55,853 nt of DNA from Minisyncoccia bacterium (lineage in GTDB: Bacteria > Patescibacteriota > Minisyncoccia > Phycocordibacterales > DATGWK01): NCBI GenBank assembly GCA_038259265.1, contig JBBSOY010000003.1:1-55853 (forward strand), written 5' to 3'. The notes under the pieces are model-generated. The model had not been told where the DNA came from, did no database searches, and saw only the letters and a program-made list of their open reading frames with translations. The first letter of the stretch is position 1. Each line of letters begins with the position of its first letter. Made by a program: the position numbers and the translations under genes. Shown piece after piece: positions 36,602-44,717 of the stretch.

Positions 36602-39600
36602 ATGAAAAATCAGACAAATATTTTCGGTAAAAACAGCATTGCAGCCAAACTGGTTACGGCCATTGTTTTGGTTTCAATAATCATTCCAAACGCTTTCCTT
36701 ATTTCCATTCCAACAGTGTTAGCTCAAGGAATCCAGGAACTTGCAAAAAGTCATACTACAGATGCATCAGCTTCAGATTCTTTGGACTCTGTTGATTCTT
36801 CGTCTTCGTCTTCAGACTCTTCTTCTGACGAATCCTCAAGCGAAAGCGCAAGCGCATCTGACACTGCTGCTCCCGCAGTCAGCCAGAGCGAAGTTATGGG
36901 TCCCCCAACTCCACCGGCACCCACAGAAACCCCAGCGTCTGAAGGGTCTGAAACTGCGCCTACTGCAGCAAACGAAACCACTCCAGTCGTCACTGAAATC
37001 ACGCCCGACGAAACTCCTGTCGTTGTAGCAGACGAACCCGCAACAATTTCTCCGGATGCCACCGACACAAACACCGATTCTTCTGGTGGCGGTTCTGCTG
37101 CAAACACCGACGGCGAACGTGTTTCAAACGTTACAAGCAACCCAGGCGTTATCCGAATCTGTACTATGTTTGTTGATTCAAACAACAACATCATGACAAG
37201 CAATGCCGGTTTGCCCGCAGGTACATTTCAGGTTGGTCTTACCGATGCAGTTGGTAATCCAATCGCCCGATCTTCTATTTCAGCTCATGCGTTTATCCCA
37301 AATGCACACATCATCGAAAGCACCGACGACGCAATCTGCGAAACTGTCTACAACCTTCCCGTAGACAACAGCACCGATGGAACATATGCCGGCTATACTT
37401 ACACCCCTTCAGAATTTTCAGTTGGCGTCCCAGGCTATTGGAAAGAAACAAAGTACAACGACCAATCTGACACTCAGGTGACTTCGACAAACGACTTTTA
37501 CGAACTTTCTTCTACAAACGGAAACTCTGACGGCTTTATCAGCCTTTCTCCAAGCCGACCAAGCCGAACCCTCGTCGTTCTTCACATGTTCGCCGATGTT
37601 CCACTTCCTTGCGTCGCCGGTTCAGAGTTGGATCAAGACCAGTTCTTCAATGCAATTTACAGCGGATACATTACTCGCGATGCAATCACCTTCTCAAATA
37701 CAAACGGAGCTGGCGGCGTTGCAACTTTCCACATGACCAACACAACTGGTTGTACCGCGCCTATCAGCCTTGCGAGCTATAAAATGTTCGACAACGTTGT
37801 CGTTCATCAGCAGCTGTTCGAAAAAACAGATGTCGTACTCGCAACATCTTCAACATCTATTACGGTCAACCTTCCAGATTGTAAGGCCCAGGTAGATGCC
37901 TTCACCGGCCCTGCAGCTTCAGAATTCGTTACTGGCGCTACGTATTTGTACCCAGAAAATCCTTTCATTCTTGCAGCAGGAATTAGCGGCGGTTCTTTCT
38001 GTGGAACAACACCTCCACCACCAGCGGCTTGTGCAGTACCAAACGCTCTTGGTGATGTAACTCCAGAAACTATCCGTACAAACACTAATAACGAAACAAC
38101 TCTTCAGTCGATCCTTACAAACAACGGATACGCAATCAACGCCGTTGCCGACCAGCAGAACTATCAGATCTGGAATGCAAGCGAAAATGCCGTCACCATG
38201 AACGCAACATTTATCGATGGCGTCTCAGCACTCAACGGCACGTTTGGTTACTATCTCGCAGACACAGGCATCGCAAGTTTCGTTCCACTCTTTAGTACTG
38301 GTTCAAACCGACTCTATCCTACCGTTGGCACAATCAACCGAGGTCAAAATATGTCCTTTACAGTTCCTGCAGACGAAAAAATCGGTTTCGCTCTTGCCTC
38401 TGAAGCAAGTGGTGGAAATGTCTACTTCTCTATTACGGAAAATGCTTTGACCATGAGTGACACCGACACGGTCGTTACCTACAACGCAGGCAACAACAGC
38501 TACATTCTTGGCTTCGAAGACAACACTTCTGACACATCAGACTTTGACTACAACGACGTTGTCATCGACCTCCGAATTACCGACTGTGGTAATGGCCCAA
38601 CCGGTCCTTCAAACAGCGCTCCAGTACTTACCCTTCTTGGAGATAACCCAATGAACATCATTGTTGGTTCAACCTTTACCGACCCAGGTGCAACCGCAAC
38701 CGACACCGAAGACGGTGACCTCACTTCCCAGATTTCAAAAACTGGTGAAGTTGATGCGAACACAATCGGCACATACACCATTACCTACACAGTTTCAGAT
38801 TCTCAGGGTTTGACCGATACAGAAACTCGAGTTGTGAATGTTGTAGCAGAAGACACCACTGATACACGAGGTGGTGGCGGTGGCCGAAGCGGCGGTGGTG
38901 GCCGACGTTCAAGCGGTGGCCAAATTCTCGGTGCAGAAACAGGTCCAACTGCATGTATTTACCTCAACGATCATTTGCGACGCGACTGGGACAATGACAC
39001 CATCGAAGTTTTGAAACTTCAGTACTTCCTCCGCGATCTCGAAGGTTTCAGCACCCTCAATGCAACTGGTGTCTTTGATGACGCAACATTCGACGCGGTC
39101 GAATCGTTCCAGAACCGATACTTCGGTGACATTCTCGCACCATGGGGTCACACTGCACCAACAGGCTTCGTATATATCCTCAGCAAAAAGAAAGTAAACG
39201 AAATCTTCTGCCGATCTGCATTCCCTGTTACTGCTCTCGAAGCCCAGGAAATCGCAAGCTTCAAAGCATTCATGGAAAACCTAAAGTCTGCAGGCATCGA
39301 TGTTTCAAGTGATTCAATGACTGCACCAGCGGGTTCTGACATGAGCGATGAAACGATGACAGTTCCTGAAGACGGCCTCGTTGGTTCTCTTGTCTCAACT
39401 TCAACTATGGCGAAAATCAATCGCGACCGAATCGACTTGGGCAACATCAAACAGGTTGCCGCTGCAGTCTTCAGTATTCCAAAGGACAAAGGCATGATCC
39501 TCCAGAGTTTGTACTTCCTTTTGATCGCCTTGATCGCGGTGTACCTCTTTACAGAAATCATCGTTGGCAGCCGCGACACAAGCCGACTCTCGAAATATCA

Positions 39601-39793
39601 GATCTGGGCGCGAAAAGCGACTGGCTACACAATCGGCCTTATCCTCGCAACAATCGCCGCTATCTGGTACCAGGTGTTTAGCATCGTCGTACCGCTCCTC
39701 GTCTTGGCCATTGTTTCTGCAGTCTTCCTCGCTTGGAGCCTCAGCAAGAAATCACAGGTAGACGAAGCAATCATTCTTCCTCCACGAAACTAA
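36602..39793 (+). CDS. large cell-surface protein (DUF4114-like, DUF5011/Ig-like, peptidoglycan-binding-like, C-terminal TMs)
   Basis: Signal peptide, S/D/T/P-rich linker, GFED..DFDYNDVV, PVLTLLGDNP..FTDPGATATDTEDGDLT, VLKLQYFL..TGVFDDAT..AV..FQ and 3 C-terminal TM helices. Confidence 0.85.
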   Translation: MKNQTNIFGKNSIAAKLVTAIVLVSIIIPNAFLISIPTVLAQGIQELAKSHTTDASASDSLDSVDSSSSSSDSSSDESSSESASASDTAAPAVSQSEVMGPPTPPAPTETPASEGSETAPTAANETTPVVTEITPDETPVVVADEPATISPDATDTNTDSSGGGSAANTDGERVSNVTSNPGVIRICTMFVDSNNNIMTSNAGLPAGTFQVGLTDAVGNPIARSSISAHAFIPNAHIIESTDDAICETVYNLPVDNSTDGTYAGYTYTPSEFSVGVPGYWKETKYNDQSDTQVTSTNDFYELSSTNGNSDGFISLSPSRPSRTLVVLHMFADVPLPCVAGSELDQDQFFNAIYSGYITRDAITFSNTNGAGGVATFHMTNTTGCTAPISLASYKMFDNVVVHQQLFEKTDVVLATSSTSITVNLPDCKAQVDAFTGPAASEFVTGATYLYPENPFILAAGISGGSFCGTTPPPPAACAVPNALGDVTPETIRTNTNNETTLQSILTNNGYAINAVADQQNYQIWNASENAVTMNATFIDGVSALNGTFGYYLADTGIASFVPLFSTGSNRLYPTVGTINRGQNMSFTVPADEKIGFALASEASGGNVYFSITENALTMSDTDTVVTYNAGNNSYILGFEDNTSDTSDFDYNDVVIDLRITDCGNGPTGPSNSAPVLTLLGDNPMNIIVGSTFTDPGATATDTEDGDLTSQISKTGEVDANTIGTYTITYTVSDSQGLTDTETRVVNVVAEDTTDTRGGGGGRSGGGGRRSSGGQILGAETGPTACIYLNDHLRRDWDNDTIEVLKLQYFLRDLEGFSTLNATGVFDDATFDAVESFQNRYFGDILAPWGHTAPTGFVYILSKKKVNEIFCRSAFPVTALEAQEIASFKAFMENLKSAGIDVSSDSMTAPAGSDMSDETMTVPEDGLVGSLVSTSTMAKINRDRIDLGNIKQVAAAVFSIPKDKGMILQSLYFLLIALIAVYLFTEIIVGSRDTSRLSKYQIWARKATGYTIGLILATIAAIWYQVFSIVVPLLVLAIVSAVFLAWSLSKKSQVDEAIILPPRN

Positions 39794-39848
39794 TTCGCAG
39801 GACTGAGAATCGCAATAAAAAATTAAATAAAAATTATTAGGGTTCTTT

Positions 39849-39879
39849 AGAAAAACACCGGCCTGTCCGGTGTTTTTCT
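39849..39879. terminator. bidirectional terminator
   Basis: agaaaaacaccgg-cctgt-ccggtgtttttct. Confidence 0.85.
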
Positions 39880-39918
39880 TTTTCTGTAAAATTTGGGAGA
39901 AGCGGAGTAAAAAATGTA

Positions 39919-41154
39919 TTACAGCTGAACGTTTCCCTGCGCAATAATTCCCTGTTCATAATCCTCACCCGGCAGATTTTTTGAAGAAGGATTTTTGATG
40001 TGTCGAACATATGCAGCGAGAGCGATCATAAGCGCATTGTCGGTTGAAAGACCCTTTCCTGGAATGAGGAGTTGCACTGCGCCCTGTTCATTTCCCTGTT
40101 CGTTTAATTCGGTTACCAATTTTTCAAAAGCTTCCCGGATGGCCGTGTTTGCAGTTACACCTCCAGCCAAGATAAGGGTTCGGGGTGCGAATTCTTCGAT
40201 CGCCCGGCGAGTTTTTGTGACAAGCGTTTCAATGACCGCATCTTCAAATGCCACTGCGATTTGTTTTTTTGTTTCCACATCGAGCTCCGCCGGTCCCGTC
40301 TTTGCAAGATCACGGATCGTATACAACACCGAGGTCTTTAGACCGGAAAAAGAAAAATCATAATCGCCTGAGTTGATCATCGGCCGCGGAAAAGTAAAAG
40401 GATTTTTTAAATTTTTTATTCGAGCTGGGTCGTCAGTACGAGCTTCGGCAGCAAGAGCGCTGATCTGCGGCCCGCCTGGATATGGCAAGCCAAGCATGCG
40501 AGCAACTTTGTCGAACGCCTCGCCGACAGCGTCGTCGCGAGTTTGACCAATCACCTTGTACTGAAGCCAGTCAGGCATGAAAACGATTTCCGTATGACCA
40601 CCTGAAATAAGGAGTGCTACGGCGGGAAATTCAACACCAGACGCGGTTTCGGACGAATTCAATAGGACCGAAGCAATATGACCTTCCATATGGTTAATTG
40701 GCATGAGCGGTAAACCCCAGACTTCTGCCAAAACCTTGCCGGCATTGATACCGACCCACAGAGCTGGTTCGAGCCCCGGCCCAAACGTGACGGCGATCAG
40801 GTCGAGCGCTGGCTTTTCTGATGTTTCAAAAAGTTCAATCAGCGATGCGGCGAGCTCGGGTTCTCGGACCAAATCATTTTTTATTTTTTCAACTACGGCG
40901 GCATCGAGGGTATTTTTTTTCACCTTTAAAAGTCCCGCTTCTTGCAGCGCTTTTTTCAAAAGCGGTCCCAGGTTTTTCGAATGTTCGCGCTTGGCCAGAT
41001 TTGGGAAAACACCGCCATATTGTTCGTGGAGTTTGATTTGCGACAAAACAAGATTTGAAAGAACCGTAAAAGATGGCGCGGCCAAGCCACCTGACGCTTC
41101 GATGATACTGACCGCAGTTTCATCGCAACTGGTTTCAATTGATAAAATTTTCAT
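39919..41154 (-). CDS. tsaD: tRNA t6A threonylcarbamoyltransferase TsaD
   Basis: IETSCDET, GPGL, NHMEGH, SGGHT, DDAVGEAFDKVAR, FSFSGLKT and TDNALMIA motifs. Confidence 0.97.
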   Translation of the reverse strand: MKILSIETSCDETAVSIIEASGGLAAPSFTVLSNLVLSQIKLHEQYGGVFPNLAKREHSKNLGPLLKKALQEAGLLKVKKNTLDAAVVEKIKNDLVREPELAASLIELFETSEKPALDLIAVTFGPGLEPALWVGINAGKVLAEVWGLPLMPINHMEGHIASVLLNSSETASGVEFPAVALLISGGHTEIVFMPDWLQYKVIGQTRDDAVGEAFDKVARMLGLPYPGGPQISALAAEARTDDPARIKNLKNPFTFPRPMINSGDYDFSFSGLKTSVLYTIRDLAKTGPAELDVETKKQIAVAFEDAVIETLVTKTRRAIEEFAPRTLILAGGVTANTAIREAFEKLVTELNEQGNEQGAVQLLIPGKGLSTDNALMIALAAYVRHIKNPSSKNLPGEDYEQGIIAQGNVQL

Positions 41155-41213
41155 TTCATTCTATTTCATTTTGATTCGACTCTTTTCGACTCGATTCGAA
41201 TCATTTCAATGAG

Positions 41214-41287
41214 TGGTGCGGGATACCGGAATCGGACCGGTGTCTGATCCTTGGGAAGGATCCATTCTGCCACTAAACCAATCCCGC
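41214..41287 (-). tRNA. tRNA-Gly(CCC)
   Basis: GCGGGAT acceptor stem, GATCC-TT CCC AA-GGATC anticodon arm, T-loop TCCGATT, A73 and CCA. Confidence 0.93.
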
Positions 41288-41328
41288 GCAACACCGCAAT
41301 ACACAGCACCCCATATGTGCCACGAGCC

Positions 41329-41721
41329 TTACTCTAGCCCAAAGACTGAGAGAAATCTAGACTTGGTTTTTTGCCAAAAAGTCGGCTCGGGTGGAGGCGG
41401 TGGCGGCGCTTCTTTTTCATTTCGAACGATTACCACCATCGTTTCGCCATTTTTTGTCATGCCAAATTTATCGCGAATTTCCTGGTCCCGGCCGTAGTCG
41501 CTCTGCAAATACGCCACGTTTTTTTCAAGCTGTCGTTTGTGAACTTCGAGGTCGGCTAATTCGACCTGGGCGACGCTCAGATTCTTCTTGCTTTCAAAAC
41601 TTTTTTTAAAAATGCTCCACGTTGGCCGCACGAGGACGAGCAGCAGCAAAACCAGGCCAAAAATTGAGACTTTTGAGTAGAGGCGCTTACGAGCTTTTTG
41701 GCGCTTTTTCAGATATTCCAT
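41329..41721 (-). CDS. septum formation initiator (FtsB/DivIC-like)
   Basis: Basic N-terminus, one TM helix, a coiled coil and EIRDKFGMTKNGE. Start placed at ATG 41721. Confidence 0.8.
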   Translation of the reverse strand: MEYLKKRQKARKRLYSKVSIFGLVLLLLVLVRPTWSIFKKSFESKKNLSVAQVELADLEVHKRQLEKNVAYLQSDYGRDQEIRDKFGMTKNGETMVVIVRNEKEAPPPPPPEPTFWQKTKSRFLSVFGLE

Positions 41722-41763
41722 ACTGTTTAGTATACAGCCAACCCGTGGTATCATGTACGCATT

Positions 41764-41874
41764 ATGTTGTGGGACAAACGAAATCATAAAATCATCAAAG
41801 TCGTTTGGAGCGTCTTGGCGGTACTCATTGCCGTCAGTATGGTCCTTTTGTACATGCCGTTTTTGCGCCAGTAA
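41764..41874 (+). CDS. 36-aa single-TM small protein
   Basis: Hand translation gives MLWDKRNHKIIKVVWSVLAVLIAVSMVLLYMPFLRQ. Confidence 0.55.
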   Translation: MLWDKRNHKIIKVVWSVLAVLIAVSMVLLYMPFLRQ

Positions 41875-41984
41875 TTTATTTGACTCTTGGCGGCCTCAGT
41901 GATTCAATTAACCAAGAAATGGCGAATGTAAGTAGCCACTAGTTCCTTGTTTTGAGTGTTCTGCTTTTTTGAAGGAGTCGTAAA

Positions 41985-42533
41985 ATGGGTCCTCTTTTTC
42001 CTGTCGGTTTGAATCGTCGTGGTGGGGCGATGCTTGGCATGTTGCTGTGTCTTTTGATCATCCCGGTCATCGCGTTTTCCGGAAAGGTCGGCAGCCCGCC
42101 GGCTGAGCCGAAGCTACCTGCAGAGCCAGCTCAAATCGCCGATGACACGGCGTGGATTGTCGTCGAGACTGGGAGCAACCCCAACTACAGCGAAAATGGC
42201 CACCGGGGCGACTACGTCGTTGTCGAGCCTCTTCCTGGGCATGACCTCGTCTACAAGCTCCCGCCCGGCATCTACCGCATCGACGGAATCGAGACGGACG
42301 AGTTTGGAAACCGAACGGCGCTTCTCACCCCGAGCGATCCCTCCACCCTTGGCGCAAATGAAATCCGTATTACAGAGGACGTTCTTGTCCGCGAGGCCAG
42401 ACACCAACGTGTCTTCGTGGTCGGCTCCGACATGCTAAGCTTCGAGGACGTCAAGTTGCAATTGGTTCATAAGCCCTACGCGACTCTGGAAACACACGCC
42501 ATAGGGAGCAGCACTTGTCTCGACCAAAATTGA
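41985..42533 (+). CDS. hypothetical exported protein (GC-richer than neighbours)
   Basis: GAAGGAG SD, a signal-peptide-like segment and a soluble domain; TTGACT at 41880 upstream. Confidence 0.65.
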   Translation: MGPLFPVGLNRRGGAMLGMLLCLLIIPVIAFSGKVGSPPAEPKLPAEPAQIADDTAWIVVETGSNPNYSENGHRGDYVVVEPLPGHDLVYKLPPGIYRIDGIETDEFGNRTALLTPSDPSTLGANEIRITEDVLVREARHQRVFVVGSDMLSFEDVKLQLVHKPYATLETHAIGSSTCLDQN

Positions 42534-42643
42534 TTGCGTTCGTCATCGTCACGCTCGTTCTTTTCCTCGGATTTCTTACCCTTATGACCCGACCGCTCTT
42601 TGACCAGAGCCCGGGCAACCCCTACCAACTCACACATCTATAA
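42515..42643 (+). CDS. 42-aa single-TM ORF (or frameshifted C-terminal anchor of the preceding gene)
   Basis: TTG after AGGGAG gives MSRPKLIAFVIVTLVLFLGFLTLMTRPLFDQSPGNPYQLTHL, ending 7 nt before a terminator. Confidence 0.45.
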   Translation: MSRPKLIAFVIVTLVLFLGFLTLMTRPLFDQSPGNPYQLTHL

Positions 42644-42650
42644 TCCTCCT

Positions 42651-42678
42651 AAACACCACCCCCGCGGGTGGTGTTTTT
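42651..42678 (+). terminator. intrinsic terminator
   Basis: aaacaccaccc-ccgc-gggtggtgttttt. Confidence 0.8.
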
Positions 42679-42709
42679 ATATTTACTCCGCTAGTCAGAA
42701 TAATTTCAA

Positions 42710-42840
42710 AATGACATCTTTGAAGGAGGCTTTCGGAACCCGATCAACCACCAAGATGTGAAAAGATAGTCTGCTCGGGTGAGAGTAAGCATAAAATCTC
42801 CGGAAGGAGATTTTATGCTTACTCCGAAAAAGATGTCATT
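42710..42840. repeat. composite palindromic element E3 downstream of lepA
   Basis: 12-bp terminal inverted repeat, internal acccga/tcgggt stem and a perfect 19-bp hairpin at 42783-42824. Confidence 0.8.
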
Positions 42841-42846
42841 GTAAAA

Positions 42847-44667
42847 TTATTCCGACTGGACCATTTTCAAAAAAACGTCGTGCGGGATGTCGACCGAGCC
42901 TTCGGCTTTCATGCGTTTCTTGCCCTCTTTCTGCTTTTCCCAAAGTTTCATTTTTCGGGTGCGGTCGCCGCCGTACATGTGCTGGGTGACGTTTTTCTTC
43001 ATGGCAGGAATGGTACGAGATGCAATGATGCGACCGAGGGCTTTGGCTTGAACTTTTGCTGCAAACATTTGCTGAGGGATGAGCTTGTAGAGTTTTTCAA
43101 CAATTTCTTTTGATTCCCTTTCCACAGTATGAGTTGAAACAATCCGCGCAAACGCCGGCACGGGATCTTCGGCAACGAGAACCTCTATTTTTGACACATC
43201 GGCTGGACGCATACCCATGGCTTCGTATGAAAGCGAGGCATAGCCTGAAGAAATACTTTTTACTTTGTTGAAAAAATTACGCATGAGTTCGCGAAGCGGC
43301 ATTTCGGCCGTAAGCGAGGTGCGACTGTCTCCAAACGTTTCGGTTTCGCCGACGATCCCTTCATGTTCAAAAATGAGCTGGATCATTGGCCCCACATAGT
43401 CGGGCGGCACAATGACTGTGACTTTTGCCCATGGTTCGCGAACCTGCAAAATTTCATGAGTGTCGGGAAAAAATGACGGGGAGAAAATGGTGACGGTTTT
43501 ACCGTTTGAAAGGTCGAGTTCGTAGTTGATGCTTGGCGTCGTGACAACAAGCTCGAGGTTTGACTCGCGTCGCAAACGTTCGGACACAATTTCCAAATGG
43601 AGCATGCCGAGAAAGCCACAGCGATAGCCTTTACCCAAAATGCCCGAGGACTCTTCTTCATACGAAAGCGACGAGTCGGTTAGTTTGAGCCGACCGAGGG
43701 CTTGTTTGAGAAGCGGAAAATCGTCCTGACTTTCCGTATACACCGAAGACCACACAACTGGCCGCGGGTTTTGGTAGCCCGGCAATGGAGGGGCGGTGTC
43801 GCGCGCCATGGCCACTGTGTCGCCGACCGAGGCGACACCCGGCTCTTTTATGCCGGTGACGATGTAGCCGATCTCGCCGGCATGGATCGAATCCATCGGT
43901 GTTTCTTCTGGCGTAAAAACTCCGACTTCAATAGCTGTAAACACCTTGCCAGACACACAAAATTTAAGCGACATATTTTTTGAAATTGAACCCGACAAAA
44001 CACGGACGTACACAATGACACCTGTATGCGTGGAATATTGAAAATCGAAAACGAGCGAACGCAGTTGTGCACCTGGTTCAACAATGACCTGAGGCGGCGG
44101 AACCCGGGTCACGACTGCTTCGAGCAAACCCGCGGCACCCTGGCCGGTTTTGCCGGACACTTCAACGATGTCTTCGTTTGTGCAGTCCAACAAGCGAATC
44201 ATTTCATGCTTCACGTCTTCGACCCGCGCTAGTGGCGAATCAATTTTTGAAACAACAGGGATGATGGTGAGACCCTGTTCGCGCGCCATGCTGAGTGTGG
44301 TTAGAGTTTGCGCCTGGACACCCTGGGTCGCATCGACAAGCAGAATAGTTCCTTCGACCGCCTTGAGCGCTCGCGACACTTCGTATGAAAAATCGATATG
44401 ACCCGGCGTGTCGATGAGGTTTAAAATATATTCCTGCCCTGCCGCGCCAGTTTTTGAATTTCCCGGCGAATGATATTTCATTCGAACCGGCTGCATTTTG
44501 ATCGTAATACCCCGTTCGCGTTCGAGCTCCATGCTGTCCAAGACCTGCTCTTTCATTTTTCGGCTTTCGATCGTACCGGTGATTTCGAGCAGGCGGTCAG
44601 CCAGGGTCGACTTTCCGTGGTCGACGTGCGCGATGATTGAAAAATTTCTGATTTTTGAAATATCCAT
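42847..44667 (-). CDS. lepA: elongation factor 4 (LepA)
   Basis: IRNFSIIAHVDHGKSTLADR, ERERGITIK, DTPGH, GFLGMLH and YGGDRTRKMKL.EKQKEGKKRMK motifs. Confidence 0.98.
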   Translation of the reverse strand: MDISKIRNFSIIAHVDHGKSTLADRLLEITGTIESRKMKEQVLDSMELERERGITIKMQPVRMKYHSPGNSKTGAAGQEYILNLIDTPGHIDFSYEVSRALKAVEGTILLVDATQGVQAQTLTTLSMAREQGLTIIPVVSKIDSPLARVEDVKHEMIRLLDCTNEDIVEVSGKTGQGAAGLLEAVVTRVPPPQVIVEPGAQLRSLVFDFQYSTHTGVIVYVRVLSGSISKNMSLKFCVSGKVFTAIEVGVFTPEETPMDSIHAGEIGYIVTGIKEPGVASVGDTVAMARDTAPPLPGYQNPRPVVWSSVYTESQDDFPLLKQALGRLKLTDSSLSYEEESSGILGKGYRCGFLGMLHLEIVSERLRRESNLELVVTTPSINYELDLSNGKTVTIFSPSFFPDTHEILQVREPWAKVTVIVPPDYVGPMIQLIFEHEGIVGETETFGDSRTSLTAEMPLRELMRNFFNKVKSISSGYASLSYEAMGMRPADVSKIEVLVAEDPVPAFARIVSTHTVERESKEIVEKLYKLIPQQMFAAKVQAKALGRIIASRTIPAMKKNVTQHMYGGDRTRKMKLWEKQKEGKKRMKAEGSVDIPHDVFLKMVQSE

Positions 44668-44717
44668 TTTTATATTGAAGCCATGAAAATTGTCTTTCTT
44701 TTGCTATACATCTCTTG

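Noticed and set aside
42790-42815. SRP RNA (CCGGAAGG tetraloop)
   Set aside because: It lacks the CAGG/AGCAG internal loops of SRP domain IV; the loop sits on a perfect 19-bp stem.
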